Shown one piece after another: positions 49,901-61,089 of a stretch of 64,000 bases of DNA. The stretch covers positions 13,020,520-13,084,519 of the forward strand of contig CM082578.2 of NCBI GenBank assembly GCA_040954595.2. Reading direction: 5' to 3'. Made by a program: the position numbers and the translations under genes. The DNA is from Balanoglossus misakiensis (Eukaryota > Animalia > Hemichordata). Under the pieces are notes generated by a model. That model had not been told where the DNA came from. It did no database searches and saw only the letters and a list, made by a program, of their open reading frames with translations. How positions within the stretch are numbered: the stretch's first letter is position 1; the number at the start of each line of letters is the position of its first letter.

Positions 49901-52900
49901 GCGGCTGGAACTACTCACGAGCTCGCTTCCAGGGTATCATTCAGTCTGGTGGAGGGACTGTGTGCATGCGCAGTGTATGCTACGATTTCTTCTTCGGGCT
50001 CCGTGCTACCATGGTAAACTGATCACCAAGCGTTGTGGCCTGAACTATCAAGACTTATACCACTACATGTGCGTGTGAAACAAGCCCACCTGTCTAGTGT
50101 GAGTACCGCTCCTTTATAAAGCTTGCAGGCGCGTTGAATGCATCATTTATTGGCATCATTTATTATCACGCACCAAAAGTGCCTTGATAACAAAGTTATA
50201 TTCAAAAGTACTCACCAAAGTGATGGCCAGTAATGAAATTACGACACATATCTAGATAGGTCGTTCGGATGAACTGTCGTTTTACAAACGTCGACGTGAC
50301 TTTGCGGGTTTGTAAAGTGTTTCCCGCACAAAGCAGTGTTGCTGTAGGCGCCAAGGTTCGTGTCCAGCGATAGCGACTACACCGCCGAATGTATGAAAAC
50401 CTTGGGGAAAATAGTGACAGTAATTTGACAACGCACACTCCCCCGAAGTAATAAACGGTTTTTGTGGTAATTATGACGTGTGAATAGTGAATACGAACAG
50501 AATCCTTGCAGACGACAATTAAAATACATGGACCAAAAATCAAATTCCAGAAAAGTCGCCGTTGGGTCACAAATTGTGTTGAAGTTCGTTTGCACTGCAA
50601 TATCTGTCAAGTCGCGCGTAACACGAATATAGGTTGCATCAATTGTAACGTTATAAGCTTACCACTGTTTTCACAAATTTATGAGTACATTTACCCGTGT
50701 GTTCAAATGACCCGGCATTGGTGTTTAAAATTCAGACAGGTGGTTTAATTTAAATACTCATTAACACTTAAGGTTAGAATGTAATTGTGTCCTCGGCGTG
50801 TCATTTTCCCGGCGGCTAAACGCTGTGCCTTTAATGTCGAAATATTTGTCACATCCAGTCGTGATAGCTCGCAGCCATCCAACATCAGTGGTAATTACTT
50901 AACGTCTGTTCTGTTTTGCCGATGTCACTGACTTTCACGAACACCTCGTAATTTTGCACCGATGGCACACAACTTAACAGCTTGAAAACGCAGCACTGCT
51001 TTCACGAGGCACATTCCGCCTGAACACGGCGACACTTTACCAGTTTTCATCACTGTGGATAGTGTCAGTTATATACCCTGGACTGCTATCAAGAAGAAAT
51101 TCACATGTGATTAACAAAATCTTGTCTTGTATTCAACGGTGAACAGGGGTAACCGTGTAATCCCATAAGATTGTGCATTGAAGATCCGATTTTCTGGCGT
51201 GAGACACAATTCTCGTTGCACCGTTCTTTCATGCCGAACAGCTCGAGTGGATGCAGATGGCAATGCATCCATGAGGGTATTACAGTAATTGGGGGAATAG
51301 ACCTGCATCTGACAAACTGCATTTGTGATACGCGATGACGAAAGCGACTGAGTTGCATCGGTGAATGGCAACGTAGTTATATGGTGTCCATCACATTTAA
51401 CCTAATAATCCCCACAACGTTATAAAATTGAACAAAATAGACAGGATACAATGGGAATGAGTTTATAACCCCAATATTTCTGTAAGCAGGGCTTCACTTT
51501 TCTCTGTCGTTGAGTCGGAGTTTATTTTTGCGTCATCTATGTTAAATATCTTGAACTGCCGTTTCCTTCTTGTGTAGTGCGGGCAACGCCTTGGCGATAA
51601 AAATATTGTCGGCTGAATAATAATGAAAACTGACTTAGTGATACATCACTTGATTACCTCACTTGCTTAGGTCATCATGTGATTGAATATAAATGAAGAA
51701 CAATAATCTACCTATACCTACCTCCTGTTACGTAGGAGACGTTTGCTGTTGTTTTGTGACCAGGTGTGTTTTCGCTTACTTTCGTAATTTGAATTTTGCG
51801 TGACCAGGTGTGGTGCATTCATTATTTTCCCCATATAAAAAGCCCGCACGTTGTGTTGCGGCGTAGCTACTAATTTGGACTTGCCCGTGTGAGCTGTTCT
51901 GTTCCTCGCCGGCTTGGAAGCTGTGCCTTGTTTCATGCTGCCCTGGTCTGGAAACCGCGTCCAGAAGCCGTCTTGTGTCATGCTGCACTGGTATGTACCT
52001 AGAAATATACGTACATGCGGGGGGGGGGGGGACCACACTTGAAACATTGCGAAGCATGAAAAAAATATACTGCATCAACTACGTGGCACTGAAAAGACGA
52101 TTAAGGTGTGTGCTAAACCTTGTTAAAAACGGATCGTGCGCTATTTGGAAACTAATTTTGTGGAACTGTCGTATCGATTGCGAAAAGCATGTTCTTGGAA
52201 AGTCAATTCCGTGACAATTATGATTACAGCGAGTGATTGAGCCAAAGCTCCCACAAATACGAGGTCGAAATAAAAAAAGAAGATCAAGAAAGGTTGTAGA
52301 GATAGAAATTTTAACCGTGAATTAGTCTCAGTGTAGTTGGATATTTTACGGCCGTGAATGTGTCTAAATGCCGTAAATGATGACGGTACGGCGGACAGAC
52401 AATATAATCGGGAAATGAACTAGAAATCGTAACCCTGGATGTAGATAGAAATAAATTAATAAGCTTTTTGGAAATTATTTCGTATTTGACAGCTTTTTTA
52501 TGCGACTGACAAAAAAAAAACACGACAGCAAGAATGTTTTGATTGGCATTAGAGAACCGTGGACTAAAATTACTTAAATAGTAAAGCCTTTTCTAATTAC
52601 CTCCTGTCGACTATGTCTGATACACATACGTGTAATATTGTAGTATGTCTGTCCTACATTCGGTTCCTTAACCATACTTCACAGAGAAAGCACGACTACA
52701 TGCACATAGTGTTTTGTCGTGTGCACTCGTCCACGCCCGTGTTTTTTTCATGTAATTTGGTCGAATTCACAGTCTCATTTATTTCCCCTGAAATTGCCGC
52801 AATTTAACGACTCTATTTTTCTGCTAACAGATGCACACGTTTCACGATATGAATGCATAAAACAGTTGTTCGATTTGAGCTTCAGGGAAACCTTAAAGGA

Positions 52901-53923
52901 AAAGATGACATTTCAGTATCCCAATTTCATAATAAAATTCAAGGGCGTAGCTGTTTTCAGTAAGTGTATGGTCATACGTTTGGATTTAGAGAGTGTTATT
53001 TAGAAAGAAAGAAAAGTGGGTCGATCGAAGATTTCTTGACAGAATTGATCTGAGACGGGAGTATTTTGCTGTTTGGCAGCATAAGGTTTTCGCTGTTCGA
53101 GAAATGAGCGGGAAAACTCAGTTGGACAACATGTGCAAACCCCTAAGAGTAAATTTATTTACAGTTGCCTCAAAAATATTTATAATTTGATGAATCGGTG
53201 TATTGAAAGCATAAATAGTATAATAATCAGCATTACATCTGCTGCGATTTACAAATTTGTAAATAAATATTGGCAGAATTTCAATCTTTGAACTCTTTGT
53301 CGTGCACCTTGGGTACAGTTGGCCAGCTGTAATAAACGAGATTTACAGTAGACTCAACAGATCATCATCACGTACATCTGTTGGGTTAATTTCTTGAGAT
53401 CTAATGAACCCCATTGCTTGGTGTATGGTAGCTGCTCATAACAGATCAAACAATGAAGGTACTAACAGGCTAATATCGCTGAGAGCAACTTCCTCGTGAT
53501 TCAGGATTTTGCGAAGCGGATCCAGAGACCGTTGTGTGGCAACGGTGACGTAGAATCAAACTTGTTTTATTTCCGTACAGCTCGAAAGAGGAATTCTCTT
53601 TAACGAAGCCACTGCAACTGCGTGCGGCTTTTGTGCATTCGCATCGCTGTTAGCAACGATTATTTCAACTGCTGTTATACTGTATAAGGCGTTTTAAAAA
53701 GTGCAAACAATATACAATATATTGGGCCAATTTTAATGTGGACTTTGCTCAAATTTACAGTTAACCGTTAAAATTTACAGTTACAGTTAAAATTAAGGAG
53801 CGAGCTAAATATATATGAATTCCGAAATATCATTGGCACGACTTTGTTAACATGTAGTGTAATGCATACGTGACGTGTTGTGGCCAAAGTAAGGATGACC
53901 TAAAACAAAACAGAGAACAATTG

Positions 53924-54598
53924 GTAAGTTCCTCTACGCTAGTGTTGCCTAATTAATTATGAACGCATTCAACGGAACTGACAGTAATACATGGGACCCC
54001 TTCAATTAAGATTAAGAATCATGGCCATGTTCAACCATCATCGAATGTATACGATGAGAACATTACCAAGAAGCAAAGAACCCCGAGGGCGAACTGTAAA
54101 AAAATTGTATTATCAATGCCTGTGATAAAAATATCACGACCCGCACGATGGATCTATCTCTCTCCGGGGTAGGAAACTTCTGTTCTCCATATGTCAAGCA
54201 AGTGTTCATCTGCCCTCGAACACAAGATATGCATTACGGCTATGTTTGTCTTGAAGTTCATCTACGACCTTGGTTTCCTTAATGAAACGGGAGCACTCCA
54301 CAAACCCATCTGTCACTGCCGTTGATGTTCCGAAATAACAGTCTGTGCAAACCATGGCCCAACTTCGCTAATCGACTCCACAAGTGACAAAAATAGTAAT
54401 TGTATAATTAAACAAACGTTGTAGAGATGCCAGAGCAAAAGGACCGATCACAAAATTAAATTGCTACGAGATAATATATACACATCCATCCATCCATCCA
54501 TCCATCCATCCATCCATCCACACATACATACATACATCCGCTTTTATGCCTTTTGAAAGATTAAAAACTTATCATTGCCTTGTTTAGTTGTTTTTCAG
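53924..54598 (+). other. Possible 5' UTR intron of GPCR copy 1
   Basis: TTG|GTAAGT donor and gttgtttttcag acceptor. The pairing is inferred. Confidence 0.35.
54483..54538. repeat. Compound (CATC)n(CATA)n microsatellite upstream of GPCR copy 1
   Basis: About 9 CATC units followed by CATA units. Confidence 0.9.
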
Positions 54599-54839
54599 AC
54601 TGTCGGCCTTTTCGGGGAGTATTACTGCTGAGGGCGCCCCACAGCCACTTCGCATTATGCCCATCGATATTCAAAAGTTATAAGAAACCTTCGCAGTCTG
54701 CGCAGGGCTACACCACACTGCATTCTAATACAACCGACCATAGCCAGTAGAAGGCAGGCTGTGTACCGATGAAAAGCAGTCGGACAGTGTTCCGTGTGAA
54801 CACTCAGTTGCAGAGACGTTGCCTGCAAGCACTTTAAAC

Positions 54840-55973
54840 ATGGAGAGCAACACAAGCGCCTTTTTAAACGCCAGTTTTGACAACTGGACAATGGTACCGC
54901 CGATGTCCCAATACTACACCTGCGGAGCCGACCCGCTGGTTTTCATGACACTCGGCATAACGCTGGGCAGCGTCGGTCTGCTTGGGAACCTCATCTTCAT
55001 GTTTGTGGTCGTGCGAGTCAAATCCATGCAGACGGCGACAAACCACTATCTCATCAACCTGGCGGTAGCCGATCTCCTCTTCTTGATGTGCCTGTGGATG
55101 TACTACCTCTGCGCAGCGGCCAACCCCGACGGCTCGTGCATTTTCGCGACGCACGCCGATCTGCGTTGCGTTACCGGCATGGTGATCGACATCGCCCTGC
55201 TGACGTCCAACTTCAGCGTAACGTTCATCGGGATAGAGCGCTACGTGGCTATCACGCTACCGTTCCGGGCGCGGCAAATCTGCACCAAGGGCAAAACCAT
55301 CTACTTCAACGTGATCATGTGGATTTTGGCCATAATAATAGTAACACCGCCGGCTGTGGCGTGCCACGTTGACGACCCACCCGTCTCTATCTATGTAGCC
55401 ATATACTTCATATTCATCAGCGTGTGCTTCGTCAGTCTGTGCATGGTGACCATTTTGTATAGCTTGACGATATACCACTTCACGAAAACGTCCAAGGAAA
55501 TGAAAAACCTTAACGACACTCGTCATCATCGCGCCCCCAACCACGACAAGGCCGTGGTGAGACTCTGTGTTTTGACGACAGCGGTATACTTTGCCTGCTT
55601 GTTTCCGAAGGAAGTCGCTTTGATACTGCAACTCATCGTTCAGTTTGGCGGACCGACGGTGGCTGCCAGCACGTCAGAGTGCATTCACAACGTCTCCATT
55701 ATCCTGCTGATCATTCACTCGGCGGCCAACCCAATCATTTACAATGTGATGAGCTCTCGCTACCGCCAGGCTTTCAAGACTGCCCTGGTGACGTGTTTTA
55801 ATAAGAACAGCGACCGTCGCCCGGACAACAAAAGTTACTATTACTCTCGTACAACCAACAACACGACGGCGAAGGATGACGGATGCCACTCGACCCACAC
55901 GGACGGGTGCCCGCGAAAATATCTCGTCTGCCCGAAAGAAATGCAGACATACTCTCGAACTACGTCGATGTAA
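54840..55973 (+). CDS. Rhodopsin-class (class A) GPCR, peptide-receptor-like (TRHR/GHSR/NMUR-like), intronless CDS, 377 aa
   Basis: Seven hydrophobic segments with GN (TM1), NLAVAD (TM2), ERY (TM3), W (TM4), CLFP (TM6), NPIIY (TM7) and helix 8 SSRYRQAF. N-glycosylation sequons in the N-terminus. The first ATG is at 54840; the ORF track starts at an upstream TTG. Confidence 0.93.
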   Translation: MESNTSAFLNASFDNWTMVPPMSQYYTCGADPLVFMTLGITLGSVGLLGNLIFMFVVVRVKSMQTATNHYLINLAVADLLFLMCLWMYYLCAAANPDGSCIFATHADLRCVTGMVIDIALLTSNFSVTFIGIERYVAITLPFRARQICTKGKTIYFNVIMWILAIIIVTPPAVACHVDDPPVSIYVAIYFIFISVCFVSLCMVTILYSLTIYHFTKTSKEMKNLNDTRHHRAPNHDKAVVRLCVLTTAVYFACLFPKEVALILQLIVQFGGPTVAASTSECIHNVSIILLIIHSAANPIIYNVMSSRYRQAFKTALVTCFNKNSDRRPDNKSYYYSRTTNNTTAKDDGCHSTHTDGCPRKYLVCPKEMQTYSRTTSM

Positions 55974-58257
55974 TGAGTACCCTAACATTTTGTATATTTT
56001 ATTGTTTGATAGTTAAATCGCATCGATCGGCAAATGCAATGTAATGTTTAGTGGATACACTAAACCAAAACATGTTCGCAGAATGATCTGTATATATCTC
56101 AAGTTAAAATTTACAACTGGTTTTAACTTCTGCGTACATAGGTATAACCACGCCAAACAGAAATAAGCCCGTTTGTTACAGCGGAGATTACTAACTTTTG
56201 GAGAATGGCTAAAACGGAACAATAATCTAAATTAAGAGTTATTGTAGACATAACTGTATTTTAGTGGCCTTTTCAGAACTACGTGTATTAAAAAATGCTA
56301 ACATTATAGAATACAATATACATGTAATGCAAGGTAAATATTTCACACTATATTTTTGCTAAATCTCGAAGTTTAACGCAGTAGATGCAGATATTTTTTT
56401 CAGTCGCCAATACTGTGTACTTTTAGTTTTAACCTTCACAGGCGATTCCTGTCGCAGAGGAGTAACGTAACGCGAATCTCAAAGAGACCATTTCCCCGAA
56501 AGAAAACAATACTGCGATCGTGTAAAGGATGTAAATAAGCATGCCTCGACCGGGAATATGGCCGTCAGTTTACATTCTGTTTTTAATCGAAAATGTCAAA
56601 GGTTAGAAAATTCTCCAAGAAAGATTACGGGTTCATATCCCATTAACCACTCTAGCTATCGGCTTAAGCATTTTTTTGCTTCCTGGGAAAAGCATGTGGT
56701 CCGTTTCCAAACTGAGAGTGTCATTTCACGGAGCTGAGCTGACAGGACGCCAATGAAAGCCGCCCAAGGGTATACAATCCATTGGTTTTGAGCAGTCGTT
56801 CCACGCAAAAAAGTAGTATTTCACGAAAGTGAAATGTTGTATTGATTGAAAACAAACACCTTGATTGCTACTTTGCGCAGATGGCACATTTGCGCTTGCG
56901 TATACGGCCGTACGGTGGATTTGGGTGATTGATTCAAACTGTGTAAGCAGAAAATACTAAAACAACATATTGGACCGCCTCCGTTTAGTGATTGTGATGT
57001 GGCTAGGTGGTTTATCATTACTGACATTTATAAAGTCAGACCCCAACTGTCTTGCCATTTGATATTTATTTGAATGTTAAAATCAGCCCGAGTGTTTAAT
57101 CTGGGGATATATCCACATGTTCACAATAAGTCAGTTGATATAGTTTTCTATTGGGCATTTATCCACCATATTTCGTTTGCTTCTCTCGAGCTGGACGATA
57201 ATTACACATTGTAAAATTAGTAAACTATTGATAAATAAACAGTATAGTATGCATCTCCTCATCGCTCCTCTCCGCATATTCTTTGGTGTCTGCCTCATTT
57301 TGATGAGTATGTGGCAAAACGCGATGGAGTAAGATTATTATTACTACCTGTAACATTATTACGTTTATTAAAACGATGGTTGGCTTTACGTGTATAGTTG
57401 TGCACGATACGATCAGTTTCGACGCGTCCTAAGGCTTTTCCATACTCTAGTCCAGTGTTACTTCATTTTCGATGACGAACTTTTTATGAACAATTCTTTG
57501 GTACCAAGGACTAGACTGGTCATGCATTTAAGCCACCCCAAGTGACTTCAGAGGAAGACTACAATTTGCCTAGTGTATTACGTACACGCATGATCAGGAT
57601 TGCTCCGATGCGGTATCCACGCTTAGTGGAAGTAAACGCTGCTTTGAAATGAACTTGATAATTGAAACATGGCAAGCGCTGGACAGCGTTGACCTTACTT
57701 GGGACTTTTCCCACATGCATGCATATTAAATGTAAATAATAATTACTAGTAACTTCCGAGCAGTCGTTTTTTCTCCCGAGAACACAGTAGACTGTCACCC
57801 GTCACAGTGCAACGACTCGAGGTGTTATTAATTATTTTTTCTTCCATGAAAGAGAGCAACGGTCACACGCATTATTACTGATTGGAAAAGTTGAAGGGTT
57901 TTTAAAACCGCTCTACTTTCGCATTGCTCCTGTTCCCGTTTAACTTGAATGGGTAATGGTGTCTAATGATTGATAGAAATCTCGTATGATGGAGAGAATC
58001 TTCAATTCAACATGTCAAACAAAAGCAATTTTATATAATTTAAATTAATACTTGCGGGGCCGTACTGAAATTCTCTACTGTAAATACATGTGAACATACA
58101 GGGGAAGGGACGAATGTGTTCCAAAGGTTATCTCTGCAAAGGTATAATTTCAAGCCTCGCATGGTTACTGATATATTTCACCTTAAGCCCCTAACCTAAA
58201 TATGCAACCATTCGTGACGGTCACTTTTATTGCTGGAATACAAACAGTCATTTAGCA

Positions 58258-58376
58258 GTGGTATTAAAAAAATAGCCGCTGATCGACTTCGAGCATATTG
58301 CAATTTTATGTAGAAATCCGGTTGTGGTAATTGTAAAAAAGCCGCTGCTCGACTCAGAGCATATTGTATAGTTTTT
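58258..58376. repeat. Diverged tandem duplication, ~66-bp period
   Basis: AGCCGCTGATCGACTTCGAGCATATTG and AGCCGCTGCTCGACTCAGAGCATATTG, each preceded by GTGGTA and an A-run. Confidence 0.7.
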
Positions 58377-59817
58377 GGAAAGCAATCCAAGCCTATAAAA
58401 TACCCACCCCTATGGTCACTGCAACTATAATTCTCTGGTCTACGTTCGACGATGGTTAACGCCCTGTTGGAACGATAACACCGACAGGATATGTTATCTC
58501 TGGATATATTGGAATACTTGAAATAGTTGTTTGTTAATTTGTTGTCAAACACAGGTCAATCATGCTCCTATTACATGCGCTGCTCTGCTAATGATCTGCT
58601 GAAATTGATTTCTCTTCTTATTCGAAAACCTTGTTTGCATAGTGTTATTTGTAAATTAATAGGAAAATAAACATTGACACGTACCTGCATGACTCCGTAT
58701 TCATGAATGCGAATAGGTATATGAAATATTTTTTTATTTGGGTAAAATATTTTCAGATGGCGATCCTGTTACTGGCAAAGACTAAACAGGTCATCATGCA
58801 TTTGAGCCTTGGGTTTAAAATATGAAATGCACGATGCGGTAAACCGTAGACATGTAACAAAACCCTCAAGGATACGTCTCAGCTGTGCTCCCCAGAATAC
58901 GAAAAGGAACTTTTGATTTGGTGAGCACGGCACAAGCAATGTATTAACCGTCCGTATAAAAATTGCCGGCGAAGAATTATCGCAATCCCATGTCAAATTG
59001 GCCTCCAATAACTATGTATGTATAAAATGGATGATTTATTACGACAGCTATTGTTAACTGGTTATACTGATGGAGTGTTGCCTGCCAGTAAAGCTAATGG
59101 TACCGCATCATGTGCCATCCTGCATATTTTTTATGCTTGGCGCGTGCTATTCTCGTGCCAATATGACGTCACGATGTTCCATTTTTCTCCCATGCACCGG
59201 CCATTGGCCTACAAGGTATTAACTGACATCGTTACCCGGGGAGCGGAATATTACAAATGTACAACTGAAAGTTCGTCAGCTGTTTATGGTACCAATTTGG
59301 CCTACATAAAAATAAATTAAAGGTCCACTCTATGCAGCTTTTGTCTCTATTTTTAGTATTTTTATTATGTGTGTCGACCATGGTTTCTTGTTCGACTCCC
59401 TGAGGCAGGATCGAATACGTGTATCTTCTCAACATAGCCCATGTGTGCACAAACGGCATTCTTGTTATTTAAAAATTGTATTCAAGTCCAGTCTTGATAG
59501 CATTTGTCAACAATAAAAACGATCGGTACACATACACATGACTTATTGACACTACAAAATTGGAAGTATTTGGATGTTATAGGGAGAATAACAAGAAAAA
59601 TAGCCGGTGTTCATGACGAAAATTGTGTAGATTCGCGGGTACTTTGGGCGTTGAACGACTCATACATGCAGGCGTCTACGTGCACAAGACTGACTGATAA
59701 CTCTTTAGGTCTAATACCATGCCGTAAATAGAATATATGGCGAGTGGATCATACACTCAGATAAAAACATGAGGGCGCACCGTGAAGATGAACGTCATGA
59801 GATCTGACAGCGCACAG

Positions 59818-59929
59818 GTATATGACTATTGTAATAGACTAGAACATCTGCACATGCGCAACAACTGCGAAGTGTGTGCGCAACAAATTATAAAACTGGT
59901 ACAGGTAAAACCGAATGTTTCATTTACAG
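59818..59929 (+). other. Probable 5' UTR intron of GPCR copy 2
   Basis: CAG|GTATGA donor and tttcatttacag acceptor 32 nt upstream of the ATG. Confidence 0.45.
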
Positions 59930-59961
59930 TAGTTGTGTGTGCCGAGGAGAAAGCTATCAAC

Positions 59962-61089
59962 ATGAGCGAGAACGTGATGGGAATGGAAAACGCAAGTCTG
60001 CCAAATTCCACGGAGGGAGCGACGATGAGGCTGGAGTATAACTGTGGCGCCGATCCTCTCGTGTTTCACGTGCTGGGGATGACATTGGGCACCGTGGGTT
60101 TAATTGGCAACGTCTGCTTCATGTTTGTGGTTGTGCGGGTCAAATCTATGCAGACGGCAACTAACCATTACCTGATTAACCTGGCGGCCGCGGATCTCCT
60201 CTATTTGATGTGTCTGTGGTTTCTCTACTTGTGCGTCCTGGTGAACGGGGACGGCGCCTGCTTCTTCACCACGTACGCCGACGCCAGGTGCGTCATCGGC
60301 ATGGTGGTCGACATCGCCGTACTGACTTCGAACTTCAGCGTCACCTTCATCGGGATAGAACGATACGTGGCCATCACGCACCCTTTCCGGGCGCGGCGGC
60401 TCTGCACCAAGGGTAAAACTGCGCTTTTCAACGTCTTGATGTGGATCCTAGCCCTGGTGATAAAGCTACCCTCGGCCGTGGCGTGTCACGTCGACGACCC
60501 TCCCGAGTCGATCTACATAGCCATTTACATCATATTCATCACGGTTTGTTTCATCAGTTTATGCATGGTGACAGTTCTGTACACTTTGACAGCCTACCAT
60601 TTCAAGCAGACGACCAAGGCGATGCGGGAGTTCAACGACTCTCGCCACCAGGCCCCAAGCCACGACAAGGCTGTCGTGAGACTCTGCGTTTTGACAACCG
60701 TTATATATTTCCTCTGCCTGTTCCCAAAAGAACTGGCGTTCATACTGCAACTGTTCAAGCAACTTGGCGGACCTATCGTTAGTTTGAATACGACCTTCTG
60801 CATTCACAACGTCTCCGTCATTCTGCTCATGGTCCACTCGGCAGCAAACCCCATCGTCTACAACGTCATGAGTTCCAGGTACAGACAAGCCTTCAAAACT
60901 GCTCTGATGTCTTGCTGTGGAATCAATTGTTCTGGTCGCCAGTGCGATAAAACTTATTACACGCGCACCAATGGCTTCACCGACAAAACGGTTGCAAGTG
61001 ACGTGAACCAATCGATCCATAGACAAAGCAAGAAATTTCCGGCACGTTCCACAGAAATTGAATCGTGCCCTAGGACTACGTCGATGTAA
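59962..61089 (+). CDS. Rhodopsin-class GPCR, tandem paralogue of 54840-55973, intronless CDS, 375 aa
   Basis: Same motifs (GN, NLAAAD, ERY, CLFP, NPIVY) and long identical blocks with the upstream copy, e.g. FMFVVVRVKSMQTATNHYLINLA and TSNFSVTFIGIERYVAIT. Start placed at ATG 59962 by comparison with the paralogue. Confidence 0.93.
   Translation: MSENVMGMENASLPNSTEGATMRLEYNCGADPLVFHVLGMTLGTVGLIGNVCFMFVVVRVKSMQTATNHYLINLAAADLLYLMCLWFLYLCVLVNGDGACFFTTYADARCVIGMVVDIAVLTSNFSVTFIGIERYVAITHPFRARRLCTKGKTALFNVLMWILALVIKLPSAVACHVDDPPESIYIAIYIIFITVCFISLCMVTVLYTLTAYHFKQTTKAMREFNDSRHQAPSHDKAVVRLCVLTTVIYFLCLFPKELAFILQLFKQLGGPIVSLNTTFCIHNVSVILLMVHSAANPIVYNVMSSRYRQAFKTALMSCCGINCSGRQCDKTYYTRTNGFTDKTVASDVNQSIHRQSKKFPARSTEIESCPRTTSM

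Noticed and set aside
59782-59961. 60-aa N-terminal extension of GPCR copy 2 in the ORF track
   Set aside because: It starts at GTG, is absent from the paralogue and overlaps a probable UTR intron (59818-59929).
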